In this document: piece after piece, positions 16,482 through 32,741 of the stretch
Numbering within the stretch: the stretch's first letter is position 1
Layout of the letters: each line of letters begins with the position of its first letter
Source of the DNA: the human T2T-CHM13v2.0 reference genome, Homo sapiens
Reading direction: 5' to 3'
Length of the DNA stretch: 64,000 nt
Assembly: GCA_009914755.4 (NCBI GenBank)
Contig: CP068257.2
Coordinates: forward strand, 32,224,001-32,288,000
The notes under the pieces: generated by a model
What the model was told of the DNA's origin: nothing
Database searches by the model: none
The model's input: only the letters and a program-made list of their open reading frames with translations
Program-made: the position numbers and the translations under genes

Positions 16482-16588
16482 ATTTTTCAAAAACCCCTGA
16501 TGGAGTCTGAGCTGCTGACAGAAAAAGAGGTTGCTATGATTTTTGTGAACTGGAAGGAGCTGATTATGTGTAATATCAAACTACTAAA
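16482..16588 (+). CDS. ITSN1: ITSN1 coding exon (DH domain), phase 0 in, phase 2 out
   Basis: Acceptor ctgtag|ATT. Translation [35 protein letters not shown](K) continues the previous exon exactly. Donor AA|gtaagc. Confidence 0.9.
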
Positions 16589-17116
16589 GTAAGCCTCTCC
16601 TCTAATCCCCAGCCTGGCTTGGCCTCCTCGGCTCTCATGCACTCGCACCTCTGTGGGTCTGTGTGTCCTTCTTGCATGCTGCCCTGTGCTTCTTTCTGGC
16701 TTTTTTTTTTTCTTCTCATTGCCACTCACAAACACCATCACCCTTTTGTGCCTTCATGCTTTCTGGAAACGCACTCCGAATCTCTCATTGCAAGAGTAGG
16801 TTTCCTGGGCACCCCAGAGCCTGCTGTTGGGTGAATTACTGTGGTTGTGAATTTCCAGGGCTAGGGCGACGCTGGCTCCTGATGGTGCTGGCTCCATGCT
16901 GGGGCGTGGGGCTGCCCCCTCTACGCTTTCCCTAGGACGCGGGATCCCATGGGGGATTATTGGTCTTTTGAGGCATTCTTGGCCCTGCAGATGGAAAAAT
17001 GTGGAACTGTTCACTGCCTAACGTCAGCAGTTCCTCAGGATCACTCCGGGAAGCTGGCCCTAGGCTGGTCGTATTTTCTTCCAACTTTAGTTTGCAGAGG
17101 CAGCTCCAGGGCCAGG

Positions 17117-17240
17117 AGTCAAGAGACCTGGGTTTGGATTCTGACTTACTCACTGCCTTTCCTTTTTGAGCCTTAGTTTCCCCATCTGTAAAATGAAAGG
17201 GTTGGATTCGATCATCACAAAGTCTCTTCCAATTCTTAGA
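17117..17240 (+). repeat. MIR SINE fragment
   Basis: 'gacctgggtttggattctgacttactcactgcctttcctttttgagccttagtttccccatctgtaaaatgaaagggttggatt'. Confidence 0.6.
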
Positions 17241-17811
17241 AAAAAAAAAAAGTCAAAAACCAAAATCTGTATCCACCACGCTCTCATTGTAACATCACTT
17301 GCTAGAACACAGATTAAGTCACAGCCTGCAGGGCGCGTGATATTCCCTGCTGGGAGGAAGGGCCACCCACTTCCTGGGCCCGAGGATGGAGGGCAGGCTC
17401 CCAGAGCCTTGCGTCCATTCCTGATCTTCATCCGTGTCATTGGGAAGTCCCCATTTCCTAAATGTGGTCTCTGCATTGTTCTTATAAGGTAATTTCAGGT
17501 CCCCACTTTCCTGAGCGTGTGTTTGGGAGTGGATGGAGGGATGGAGAGGAGGTGTGGAGAGGTGGACATGAAGAAAGATACATAATGTCTGCTGGCTTGG
17601 TGCTCTAGAAGACGAATGATCCAAGGTGACATCAGGCAGGCTTTTAGAGAAGGTCTGGACTCCGTTGCCCGCGCCCCCTGCCACCCGATGCCATGGAAGC
17701 CTTTCGAACTTAGGTCTGGTGTCACACCCTTGGGCTCACATCCGCTATTGCCTCTGGCTGTGTGTCTTCTGGCAGGTCACTTTGGTCCCTGGGCCTCAGT
17801 GTTCTCGTCTA

Positions 17812-18139
<328 letters not shown>

Positions 18140-18419
18140 TATACCTGTAAGTTAAAACCTTTTTCCTTGGGCAGCTATCAGTGGGGGCTGGGGGAGGCGG
18201 GAGATGTTTCTGAGCTTCCCAAGTAGCCCTTAGAGAGGGCTTCCCCCACTTCAGGGTTGGCCTGAGGGAAACTGGTGCTGGCCTCAGCTCCCCATACCTC
18301 TCTGTTGTCTTTTAACCCCCATCTGGGAAGAAGCAGCCTCTTTCTTGAGCTGTGTGGGGGGCCAGGCCTGCGTGCTTCTTCCTCCTGTCGGCTCTGACTT
18401 GCTCCACAGTTGTGGAGGT

Positions 18420-18540
18420 GGGAACTGACAGCCCTGTTACGGCTGAAGCAGCGAAGCTCAGAGAGGCTGAGTGACTTCCCTAAAGTCACACAGTAGGGTG
18501 GCTGCTCTGTGGATGATGCCTAGGTCCCGGAATAGAGACT
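18420..18540 (-). repeat. MIR SINE fragment (reverse orientation)
   Basis: 'gctcagagaggctgagtgacttccctaaagtcacacagtagggtggctgctctgtgg'. Confidence 0.5.
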
Positions 18541-19460
18541 CCGCCCAGTCCTGCCCCCGTGGAAAAAAACATGGGCCCAGAAGTCAGACATCCCAAGTTT
18601 TTGTCTGGGCTCCGGCCCCTTCTAACTAGTTTTGGGCATTAAGGTGGCAGTCATGGTGCTTGTCCTGCCTACCATGCACGGTCATTCTGAGAGCAAGGGA
18701 ATCAGGTGTCCCAGGGGCACGCCGTCCATCAGGGGGCTGATGTGTACAGGGGCTGCTGGCTTCCCTCCATCCCAAGGTTCTCTATCCCCGTTCCTCTGAT
18801 TCCCGGATTAGCTTGTTTGGACTAACTGGCTCATGTCTTCATCCTCCAGATAAAATCTTATGTTGAACCGTAGCCTTCTGGGGACCTGATTTCTTTTTCT
18901 TCTTTTCTGCATTTTACTAGAAAAAATCTCAAACATACAGAAAATTTGAAAGAATTGTAGAGTGAACACCCACATCATAAACTGGACAAAAAACATTGTG
19001 CTGTATTTGCGTGGCTGCATAGACATAATTTCTTCATGCCAAGGAATAACTGTGATGAGGGGAGATCGAGGGCTCCTAGCAGCCGAGAGAGGGAGGCATT
19101 TGAGGATAAGAAGTTAAGGCAGCAATCCCTGGAGTGCCACCAGTGAGCGGCCATATGTCTGCTACTCCTGATCCTACAGTCCTTGTATTTGGGGGGTGGG
19201 GCAGGGGGTAGGGCAGTTATCAAACAAGTCAACAATAAATAAATAACATGAAAATAAAAAGGGCTAACTGGAACACATGGACTTCCTACTAATGATGCCT
19301 CATTGAGGGTTAGAGCAAATGGCTGGCTCTCTTGCGAGGAAGCTGAGACCTGAGAAATGTGCCTTTCATAGACAAGGTAGGGCCAGACAGGTCTAGAACC
19401 TTTTTATATCCAGAGCCTGGAGCAGGACCCTCAGGACAGCTGTCAGAAATGATGGCAGAA

Positions 19461-19988
<528 letters not shown>

Positions 19989-20506
19989 GATAGCAGAAGG
20001 GAAGCAGAAGTGAGGTGGGGTGACCAACCCAGGTTTGGGGAACTGTTTTTTATCAAGAGGCTTTCCTGTCCCCTTGATGGAAAAAGAAAAGAAAAAAAAA
20101 ATAAGAGCTTGTCCCAAAACAGTGTTTTTCTTAAATATCTGACTCATCTTCTTTTTAACTTAAGAAGAATGGATTCCATTTTATCTTGTTTAAGCAGAAA
20201 ATGAAGGAAAAATAAAAAATAAAAATCAGTTTGGGGTAATGACAGATGGTGAGAAAGAAGAAGAAAAGGATGTGGGGTTGGGAGAAGGAGAAGAGGGAAG
20301 GAGAGAGGGCATGGAGCAGATGGTGGGAAGTCCAGCAGGGCGGGAAGTGCAGAGGCTGAGGCTGGGACCAGCAGGGAAAGGCTTGAGGGCGAGATGGCGG
20401 GAGCAGGGCAGCCGCGTCTGGGAAGATGGGCAGGTGCCCAGAGCAGCTTGGAGGCAGTCGTGGCGGGAGGTGGGTTGGGGCCTCTGAGGCTGTGGTCCCA
20501 ACCATG

Positions 20507-20690
20507 GGCTCTGGAGTCAGACCTGGGTTCCAGGGTTACCTCTGTCACCTATTAGCTCTGAGACTTGGGTCAAGTCACTGAATTTCTGCATGCCTGAGTT
20601 TCCCCAATAGGAAATGGGGATAATAATATATGTAAAACTCTGTTTGACACATAGGAAGCATTAATAAATGCTAGTTCCATGACTGTCCAC
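20507..20690 (+). repeat. MIR SINE fragment
   Basis: 'gagtcagacctgggttccagggttacctctgtcacctattagctctgagacttgggtcaagtcactgaatttctgcatgcctgagtttccccaataggaaatggggataataat'. Confidence 0.65.
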
Positions 20691-21015
20691 TTGGTCTGCA
20701 GACTTCAGAGGGTTACAGACACTCATGTGTTCAGCAATCATTGAGCGCTCTTTGAAACATTTGTTAGCCAGTTAATTGCCTTTTGCAGTTCAAGTCCTCT
20801 CATCTGTAAACCTTTCTAGGAGACTGCCGATCAGCTCACCGCAAGCAGAGTACTCTTAGGGCTGTGGCTGCAGCAGCCGAGTCACATGATCCCTGGGCCT
20901 GGTAACACCTTGCGGTCTTCATAAGTCTTTGCCTATACAGTAGACCATCCTGGACGAAGACCCATGACTGAATCTAATAGGTGCCTAGTCCATAGTAAAT
21001 CAGGCTTTAATTTTA

Positions 21016-21483
<468 letters not shown>

Positions 21484-22949
21484 TTAAAAAAACTACTCCT
21501 CATAGGAAAATGATGGAATGATGGAATTTCTTCCTGTTTCCATTCATTGCAAGTTTATAACGTGGCTATCCAGGGCTCTCATCCCCCCAAATTATTGGTG
21601 TCATCACCCTTGAGCACATTTTTGCTCGTTGTGGTATTTCACACCAACCCCTCAATGGGGCAGTGGCCTTTGGGCCATCCTGAGGACACCAAGCTGCCAC
21701 TGCTCCCCACACCCCAGAGGCAGCCAGTGCTGATCTCCCCATGAGGGCATCCACTTCAGGTGGAATCGCTGACTGCTCACACCACATCATTTATGGTCCC
21801 TAAGTTTTTCTCCTTGGCTTGCCCGGTCCAAGGGACTTTATTTTAGCCAAAAATGTGGGAGAAAGAAAAGAAAGTGATCTGAAGTTTTTAAAGCCTAATA
21901 TAAATATTGCAGAGCTTCCTTGGAATTCAATAGCCCGCCCCGTACCTCAAAGGCTTCTCCAGCATGACCATGAAAGCAGCCAAAGGCATTCAATAGGGAC
22001 ATCCTCCCAGCCTTGTGTTAAAGTCATAGGTTATACCATTTTGTTCCATCTACCCATCCATCCACCCATGATCACTAACTAGGATAGCTGAACACACCCA
22101 TGGCTTCATGTTGTGGTCCTGCCATGTAGTACCTTGCTGTCCTTACCGTGTATAAGCTCAGTGCCATGCCCTTCTTCCAGATGCTGGTGTTAAGGGTTCA
22201 CATGTTGAAGTTGGGAGAGGGGAAGCACAGTCCTAGTTACCATAGCTCTGAGCACTCACACTGCAGGCAGACCCCAGAACACACACTTCCCAGTCCCATC
22301 AACACCTCTCCTGAATTCCAGGATATACATTTTTTGGGTTCATTGGCCCATTATCATAGTAATAGACCTCTTTTCCGAACTCCTCTTAATTTAGTTAACT
22401 CAGCTCTAGCAATGAAGCAGCGAATCACAGAGATAGTTCAAACAGTCATTTATACCTGGCTTTTGCTGAATCTCATGGGATTATTTTGCCAAGGCATTTG
22501 TTTTGCCATCTTAATTATGTTCTTTTTAGCCAAAAATCATCCTTCCCCATCCTCTGGCAATAGCAACTTCCCTTGGGCAGAAGTGTCTCCTGGAAATAGG
22601 ATCAGTGCTCAGGCCACATCAACCTGGGGCTTTCACCACCGATAATCTGTGTAGTGAGGCATCGACACAGGGGACCCATTTGAGTTGTTCAAGAAAAAAA
22701 CTCCATATTTCTGCACAAGAAAAACAAATTGTAACAAACAGCCACTCTGCCAAAGAAAAATGCTCTGGTGCTACCTCTCTGTAGCCCTAGACTCATTTCT
22801 TTCTCCATTCCTTGTCTCCCAAATAGATCCTTTAGTGGCCCTTGAGGCTGTGCCCCTCACACACATTCTGTTTCTGTGCAACCTAAGTGTGCTGTGGTGC
22901 TGTCAGATAGCGTGAAAGCAGGGGGCTCACCTCCCGTGTTTCCGTGCAG

Positions 22950-23133
22950 AGCGCTGAGAGTCCGCAAGAAGATGTCCGGGGAGAAGATGCCTGTGAAGAT
23001 GATTGGAGACATCCTGAGCGCACAGCTGCCGCACATGCAGCCCTACATCCGCTTCTGCAGCCGCCAGCTCAACGGGGCTGCCCTGATCCAGCAGAAGACG
23101 GACGAGGCCCCAGACTTCAAGGAGTTCGTCAAA
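22950..23133 (+). CDS. ITSN1: ITSN1 coding exon (DH domain)
   Basis: Acceptor gtgcag|A completes the Lys codon. Translation [61 protein letters not shown]. Donor AAA|gtaagg. Calibrated to ORF 22876..23199. Confidence 0.9.
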
Positions 23134-25031
23134 GTAAGGAGCCAGGCTGTGCAGAGACTGGGCCCCAGAGTGGCGATCTTTGGGCAGCTGGATGTGTGAG
23201 GGGCTAATTCAAAAGTCTGCAAGAGTGTTCCCACTAGAGGCCAACAGGGCCTAGGGTCTTGGCTAAGCCTTAGGGGACTGGCACTCACTGGCAAGTGTGG
23301 CTGTCACCAAAGGGGTGGGCTTGGAGAGGAGGGGTGAGCCCTGGGCTTGGAAGCTTTGAAAGTGTCTTTAGGGATCTGTTTTCCAGATGCTATTGGTGTT
23401 ATTTGGATGCATGTTTAAATCTTTCATTTCATTTGCAAGGCCCAGGCAGGTCTTAGATTTCCTCTTGTGTTTAATCGCCACATCCTCAGTTCTTTGCTGG
23501 TCTCTGCCCTTCACTTGCAGAGGGAATGGCCAGGACTCCCAGTGGCCCCTTCATTCCTTTCGCAGTTGGTTCTGCTTGATGTGCTCCCGCCTTAGACAGC
23601 CTGTGGGAGTCAGTGTGGGATGCCAGGACCTCTTCCTTGGAGGTAGCAGGGATCTGGAGAGTTGGGAGTCCACCAGGGGATGTTTGGGGAGGTAATGCGG
23701 ATACTGCTGGAAGACCTGCAGCTCTGGGACTTGGCCTTGGCCAGTGTGGGTCTCTGCTGGCCGTGCTGGGCCATTCAAACAGCCCCCACATCTCCTGGAG
23801 AAAAAAAGGAGGAAGAGAATAAAATAGCTTCTGTGAAACAGGTATCTTTTGATGAATAAACAACAAAATAATAATAACAGGCATATCTTTGGATCTCATG
23901 CATTTTGGAGACAGGCCATCCTCACCTGTCCTAGAGTGGTGCTTGTGGAATCACTGTGGTGAGGCACAAGCGCAGCCTCTTCTTGGTCAGAGCCTCATGT
24001 GAGCTTGTTGTTTCTGCCTCTCATGGTGTTTCTCAGCCTAGACTTGCCAGCCAAGGCATGGGGCACTCTGAGGTCATTCCAAGGGGAGAAAGATTGCTAA
24101 GAAGGAGGCCTTGGGTGGATGGAGACGAGAGAGCAGATGCTGAGCTGCTGGGCGCCATGGACCACCTAGGGTTTCAGCCAAGGGCTGGGCTCTTCCTAGG
24201 CCCGAGCAAGATGAGTTCATTGTTGGATGCACTTGAACTTCAGGAAAGTGCTGACACCAGCCCAGAGCAGGGGCCTCATTGTCCCTCCCCGCCCCTCTCC
24301 TCTTCACCTCTCCCCACCTCCTCTCAGTGGGAATGTGGCACGTCGTTGCCAGCTGCGAGGTGTTCCTGGAATGATGGTGTCCACAGCTGGAGCAGGTCCC
24401 GGTCCCTGGAGACAGTTATCAGGTCTCAGGGCTCCAGTCAATGCAGCTGCCCGTTTCTAAGGCATTAAACCAGACCACAGCCTTTGACAGCTAAGTGGCC
24501 AGACCCTGAAACTGGAGTCTTGACCCCCGTTGTCTGAGCTCCTCTTTCTCAGCCCTGCCTGGAGTTCCCAGAGGCACGTGCGGGCTCCACTCAAAACTAG
24601 ACAATGAGATTTAGCCCTTCCAGCAGTTCTGGGGTGTAAGGGGAATTTTTCCTCTAACCGTATAGTCTTGTGACTCTTGTTCCTGGGAATGTTATAAAGT
24701 TTCTGCAGACATCCAGACGAAATATTCTGTGTAAAGCCAGAATCTCATCTCTGTGCATAAGGAACCATGCATGCCATGGAGGGTATGCTGAATCCAGAGT
24801 GCAGGGCTTAACCCTGCTGGCTGAGTCACATCTGTGGGTCTCCATTCTCCATCTGGAAAGTGTGTCATCCTGGACAGGGTAACTAGTCAGGCCCTTCCAT
24901 CCCCAGGTCTCTCAGTTGTCATCCAGATAAATGAGATAATGGGTGGAGAGTCCTCACTGACATTAGTATTGATGTCACTAACTTTGGATTTTGCAAGTTT
25001 CTTAAGTACATTTAAAAACATCTCATTTCAG

Positions 25032-25130
25032 AGATTGGCAATGGATCCTCGGTGTAAAGGGATGCCACTCTCTAGTTTTATACTGAAGCCTATGCAACGG
25101 GTAACAAGATACCCACTGATCATTAAAAAT
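25032..25130 (+). CDS. ITSN1: ITSN1 coding exon (DH domain), symmetric 99 nt
   Basis: Acceptor tttcag|AGA. Translation [33 protein letters not shown]. Donor AAT|gtaagt. Calibrated to ORF 24834..25385. Confidence 0.9.
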
Positions 25131-25314
25131 GTAAGTACCTGTCTTGCCTTTTCAAGCAGGGGACGGCTTTCTCTGCATTGGAGAGGGCTGGGGTCATGGA
25201 CAAGATTCCCAGTGAACATATCTGGTAACTGTTGTGTAGAAAGCACGAGACAACAAGGTGTCACAGAGGTCTGCTTGGTAACTCAGAAAGAAAAGCTGGT
25301 TTATCACGCAAAGA

Positions 25315-25454
25315 GCTGGCTGGGCACGGTGGCCCGCGCCTGTAATCCCAGCACTTTGGGAGGCCGAGGTGGGCAGATCGCTTGAGCCCAGAAGTTCAAG
25401 CCCAGCCTGGGCAGCATAATGAGACCCTATCTCTATTAAAAAAAAAAAAAAAAG
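25315..25454 (+). mobile_element. Free left Alu monomer (FLAM-like) with a poly-A tail
   Basis: Starts ggctgggcacggtggcccgcgcctgtaatcccagcactttgggaggccgaggtgggcagatcgcttgagcc. It ends after about 130 bp in A15. It lies 12 bp upstream of the LTR12. Confidence 0.8.
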
Positions 25455-25465
25455 AGAGCTAATAC

Positions 25466-26678
25466 TGTGTCCGGAATTGGTGGGTTCTTGGTCTCACTGA
25501 CTTCAAGAATGAAGCCGCAGACCCTCGCGGTGAGTGTTACAGCTCTTAAGGTGGCGCGTCTGGAGTTTGTTCCTTCTGATGTTCAGATGTGTTCGGAGTT
25601 TCTTCCTTCTGGTGGGTTCGTGGTCTCGCTGGCTCAAGAGTGAAGCTGCAGACCTTCGCGGTGAGTGTTACAGCTCTTAAGGCAGCGCGTCTGGAGTTGT
25701 TCGTTCCTCCCGGTGGGCTCGTGGTCTCGCTAGCTCAGGAGTGAAGCTGCAGACTTTCGCGGTGTTACAGCTCATAAAAGCAGTGTGGACCCAAAGAGTG
25801 AGCAGCAGCAAGATTTATTGCAAAGAGTGAAAGAACAAAGCTTCCACGGTGTGGAAAGGGACCGAGCCGGTTGCCACTGCTGGCTCGGGCAGCCTGCTTT
25901 TATTCTCTTATCTGGCCCCACCCACATCCTGCTGATTGGTAGAGCCCAGTGGCCTGTTTTGACAGGGGGCTGATTGGTGCGTTTACAATCCCTGAGCTAG
26001 ACATAAAGATTCTCCACGTCCCCACCAGACTCAGGAGCCTAGCTGGCTTCACCCAGTGGATCCCACACCGGGGCTGCAGCTGGAGCTGCCTGCCAGTCTC
26101 GCGCCATGCGCTCACACTCCTCAGGCCTTGGGTGGTCGATGGGACTGGGCGCCGTGGAGCAGGGGGCGGCGCTCGTCGGGGAGGCTCGGGCTGCACAGGA
26201 ACCCACGGAGGCAGGGGAAGGCTCAGGCATGGTGGGCTGCAGTCCCGAGCCCTGCCCCGCGGGAAGGCAGCTAAGGCCCGCCGAGAAATCGAGCGCAGCG
26301 CCGGTGGGCTGGCACTGCTGGGGGACCCAGTACACCCTCCGCAGCCGCTGGCCCGGGTGCTAAGTCCCTCATTGCCCGGAGCCAGCAGGGCCGGCCGGCT
26401 GCTCCGAGTGCGGGGCCCGCCAAGCCCACGCCCACCCGGAACTCCAGCTGGCCCGCAAGCGCCGCACGCAGCCCCGGTTCCTGCTCGCGCCTCTCCCTCC
26501 ACACCTCCCTGCAAGCTGAGGGAGGGGGCTTCGGCCTTGGCCAGCCCAGAAGGGGGCTCCCAGAGTGCAGTGGTGGGCTGAAGGGCTCCTCAAGTGCTGC
26601 CAAAGTGGGAGCCCAGGCAGAGGAGGCACCGAGAGCGAGCGAGGGCTGTGAGGACTGCCAGCACGCTGTCACCTCTCA
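25466..26678 (+). mobile_element. Solo LTR of the HERV9 LTR12 family (ERV1 class) with a 4-bp target-site duplication ATAC
   Basis: Starts TG and ends CA. Contains the diagnostic U3 tandem motifs 'ggtctcgctgacttcaagaatgaagccgcagaccctcgcggtgagtgttacagctcttaaggtggcgcgtctggag'. Carries repeated CTGATTGG (inverted CCAAT) boxes. The 3' part is CpG-rich and ends '...gagggctgtgaggactgccagcacgctgtcacctctca'. Flanking ATAC at 25462-25465 and 26679-26682. Confidence 0.75.
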
Positions 26679-28443
26679 ATACTGCACAGCCTTCAGATGT
26701 GTGACCAAGTGGCTTCTACCTTGTAAGTCAGAAAATGAGAGCTTAGTCGTTGATTCTTTTTTTAATTTTTTTTTTTCTAGAAGAAAATAACATGGAATCA
26801 CAGAAACAGTCTGTGGTCTGTGCCTTTCTCCCTTGACTCTTTCTTAAAGACAGGCCCAGTGCCTCTAGGCCTTGATTTTCTTAGCAGAAAAGAGAAAGAA
26901 ACGTAATGCTACGACCTGTCTTCAGAAGGCCATTGTGAAACACTGTATTAGTCCATTCTCACACTGCTGTAAAGGACTGCCCAAGACTGGGTAATTAATA
27001 AGGAAAGAGGTTTAATTGACTCAGTTCCACATGGCTGGGGAGGACTCAGGAAACTTACAATCATGGTGGAAGGGGAAGCAAACACATCCTTCTTCACATA
27101 ATGGCAAGAAGGAGAAGAATGGGAGCCCAGCGAAGGGGGAAACCCCTTACAAAACCATCAGATATTGTGAGAACTCACTCACTCTCACTAGAACAGGATG
27201 GGGGAAGCCACCCCAACGATTCAATTATCTCCACCTGGTCTCTCCCACAACATGTGGGAATTATGGGAACTACAATTCAAGATGAGATTTGGGTGGAGGC
27301 GCAGCCAAACCATGTCAGACACTGTGTGTTGATATTAGATGATTGTTCTTCTCCTGTCACTTTGAGAAAGCCAATACCAAAAGAAAAAAGAAAGAACAAA
27401 ATTAGGGTTTCAGTGTCCCCACCTGTAAAATGAGTGAACAGATTTAGATGTCCTCTGAGCCTATGTTTGTAAAACCACAGGGAGTATAGCTCCTGGAAAG
27501 AGGTTTTAGATCTGGTTCCTTTTAACGGAAAATGGTGTTTAGAAACTCAGATGTGGGCACTGGCGTGCTCATTGCTACTGGGGTGATTTTGTTTTGTGTT
27601 CCTCTCGGTGGCAGAGCTGGGAAATACATGAATGTCTTTTCATGCACACATATTTACATATGCCAATGTATATACACATATATTTATATTTATTTCTAGA
27701 TCCATCTATCCATGTATATTAGAACTCATGAATTCACACCAGTACCTCCTATTCTAATCCAATACTGCAGAATTTTTTCCAGCCTTTCCCCTTCTGCCTT
27801 TGTAACTCCCTACTCTGTGAAGAGCCTGGCTCTCATTATCCTCAATGTGTTTCCTTATTTGCTCAGTCTTCTTACATGTGACAAATCTCCCTCCCACATA
27901 AGCCATCTCCTCAGTCCAGCCCCAGCTCAACTCCACAAAATACACTGTGGATCTTTGGCTGAGTTAAATACTTAGTTTTGAAATAAGTTTTCAGCTTACT
28001 GTTTTCTCTCTTCCAACACCACAGTTACTATTTAATTAGCTCAGTACTTCTCTTTTTTCTCCCAATGTTTAATTGCAAATTGAAGTTGAAAACAAGCTTT
28101 TAAAATAGGTGTTCTATATCTAGCCAATGGGAGAAAAACTAAAACAAGAAAAGGACTGCATGGCCCAAATATTTAAAAGGGGGAAAAAAACTCATTATTT
28201 GCAGAAACACGATTGATTTCTTCCAGAGCACCCACAAAAATGAACTGAAAACCAGCTGAACTAAGAAGAGAATTGAAAACAGTGGTCAGCTATGAGATAC
28301 ATATGAAATCTGCTAAAGTACTAATACTAAATATTTTTATGATACTGATGTGGAGAAATTCTTAGCATGGTCTCAAAGACATGCTAATCCTAAACTTAAA
28401 GGATTTAGATCATAGCAACCTAAAAAATACCCAAACTTTCATC

Positions 28444-28983
<540 letters not shown>

Positions 28984-29138
28984 TCATTAATGGGAATGGT
29001 TAAATAATTATGGTAGATCTGTACTATGAAAATATTTAAAAAGATACAGAGCAACTTCTACTCATGTATTAGTGTGGAAAGACACTGAGAAAATGCTGTT
29101 ATGTGAAAAAGCAACACTAAACTCACTGAGCAATCCTA

Positions 29139-29815
<677 letters not shown>

Positions 29816-29929
29816 GAACACTTATGCGCTAAATGTACAAAAAGTTCACACTCACAGGTAATAAAAGAAAATACATAACAAAACAAGAAAATACTTTGAT
29901 TTTGGCTTGCCAGATGGGCGTATATTGAA

Positions 29930-30310
29930 AAGATTATAGGTCCCAGTGTTGGCAAAGATCTGGGTGGAAGTTAAATTGATACAGCCTTTTTTGGAAGGCG
30001 ATTATAGATCAAACTATAATTCCTCTTTGGCTCAGCAATTCCACCTCTAGGAATTTATTCTAAGGAAATAATTTAAGAAATATTGAAAAGTTGGAAGCAA
30101 CATAAAGTTTTATGGGAAGGTAACTATTTAGACGCATTGTGCTCAATAACGTGCTCAATGAATATTGGGGTCTACCCCAATAATGATATATTATAAAACC
30201 CTCAAAATGATAATATGTATGAAATGGACATGGAACATTGTACTATAAAGCAATGTACGAAATAGTACAGTATAAAATGGTAGTTTTTGTAAAATGGTAG
30301 TATGATCCAA
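29930..30310 (+). mobile_element. Old L1 (L1M-type) 3'-end fragment with an A/T-rich tail
   Basis: Resembles the L1M 3' region: '...gcaattccacctctaggaatttattctaaggaaataa...tggaagcaacataaagttttatgggaagg...'. It ends in 'tttttatttttatttttatt' immediately before an Alu. Confidence 0.55.
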
Positions 30311-30329
30311 TTTTTATTTTTATTTTTAT

Positions 30330-30588
30330 TTACTTTTTTTTGAGACAGAGTCTCGCTCTGTCACCCAGTCTGGAGTGCAGTGGCACGATCTCAGCTCACT
30401 GCAATGTCCGCCTCCTGGGTTCAAGTGATTCTCCTGCCTCACCCTTCTGAGTAGCTGAAACCACAGGCAGGTACAATCACGCCCGGCTAATTTTTGTGTT
30501 TTTAGTGGAGACGGGGTTTGACCATGTTGGCCAGGCTTGTCTCAAACTCCTGACTTCAAGTGATCATCCCGCTTCGGCCTCCCAAAGC
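30330..30588 (-). mobile_element. Alu SINE, slightly 5'-truncated
   Basis: Poly-T, then gagacagagtctcgctctgtcacccagtctggagtgcagtgg..., ending cctcccaaagc. Confidence 0.85.
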
Positions 30589-31376
30589 AATTTTTATTCT
30601 TGAAATAATGGGGAGATTATTAGTGATTTTTAGGTTCTGTATAACTTTTTGAATTTTCTAAATTTTGTACATTGTACAATATTACTTTTGTCATTAGAAA
30701 AATTGATAAACCTGTTTGAATTTTGAAACTAAACAAAACAAATGAATTTACTCAAGCCAGCTGGGTGGGTTCCTAGCCTGTAGTAGTGGTTCTCAGATTT
30801 GACTGCATGTTAGAACATCTGGAAACCTCTAGAAAACCCCTAAGCCTGAGTTTCACCCTCCAGGGATTTTGATTTAGTCATGGATGAGGCCTCAGATTTT
30901 CCAAAAGGATTCTAACGTACAGTCAGGATTGGCCCAGAGGTTGGGGTTGTTGCTTGGAATTGATTTGTGGACTCACAAGACATAGAAAACAGTGTGTGTT
31001 TTTCTCCATTTGAGCATCTACTTAGGACTTTAAACCACGGTATGCCTTTGGGATAAGATATTCAGAGTCAGGGCCATTTACATTGTTTGTATGTGGACAA
31101 GGCCTGGGCAAATATGCCCTCGGCATTCTCCTGGTACACTTCAAAGGTGGCTTAGGGTCTTTCTTCATTCTCCAGCACAGGGTGATAATTGTTTTTAGGG
31201 GCCTGGAAGTCCTTTGAGGATCTGATGGTAATCACTGTTGCTTATTGAGCACTTTCTAAGGGCCAGGTGCTTTGCCAAGAGGTCCACGTGTCTCATTTAG
31301 TTCTCCACACACCATATAAAGGAGGCTATTAACCTCTCCATTTCTCATGCGAGGAACCTGAGACTCAGAACATTTA

Positions 31377-31666
<290 letters not shown>

Positions 31667-31670
31667 TTAT

Positions 31671-31970
<300 letters not shown>

Positions 31971-32429
31971 GGAACATTTATATAACCAACCCAAATCATG
32001 GGTGGTCTGTGGTGGGGCAGGGATTTAAATTCAGGAGGTCCAGCTCCGGAGCTGGCATTCTTAGCCACCACCCCAAATGGTCTGCTTAGAAAAGCGCACA
32101 CTTGCTCTGATGCACCCGTCTGCATGTGGTTCCAGAGGCGCGTGGACCCAGGAAGGAGCCACCCTTGCTGCAGCCACCGCTCCTCTTATGCCCCAGGCTG
32201 CATGCTAAGCATAGACTGCGCTGTCCCTGCCCTGCCCTCCAAGGGCACCTGTTGGCTCTTAGACCCTCATCAGTGGGTTGATGGAACACTGCACATCAAA
32301 TGCCAGAATTGCATTGTATGTTCCCCAAGTGAGTGAACAGGTGGGAAAATAGCACGGAACTGGGCCTGGGATGCCTGGGCTCTGCTCCTGGTCTCAGGGA
32401 CTAGTTTATTCTTCTGTGAAACAGGGTGA

Positions 32430-32741
<312 letters not shown>

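Noticed and set aside
20240-20500. A 250-bp purine-rich (GA/GGA-rich) block giving overlapping ORFs on both strands.
   Set aside because: It is low-complexity intronic sequence. It has possible G4 or triplex potential only and no coding or conserved-element evidence that I can see.
22921-22990. Apparent one-base inconsistency between the printed sequence (g-run lengths at 22921 and 22977) and the ORF-track frames across the 22950 exon, which looked like a frameshift in ITSN1.
   Set aside because: The ORF track gives one uninterrupted frame through '...[15 protein letters not shown]...' and the exon length (184 nt) fits the flanking phases. I treated it as a local reading or indexing glitch and calibrated the exon boundaries to the ORF-track coordinates. 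It is not a pseudogene lesion.
25900-26672. ORFs of 200-210 aa, Pro/Ala/Gly/Arg-rich, overlapping each other on both strands.
   Set aside because: They lie wholly inside the GC-rich U3/R region of the LTR12 solo LTR and are typical GC-rich spurious ORFs. There is no gag/pol similarity.
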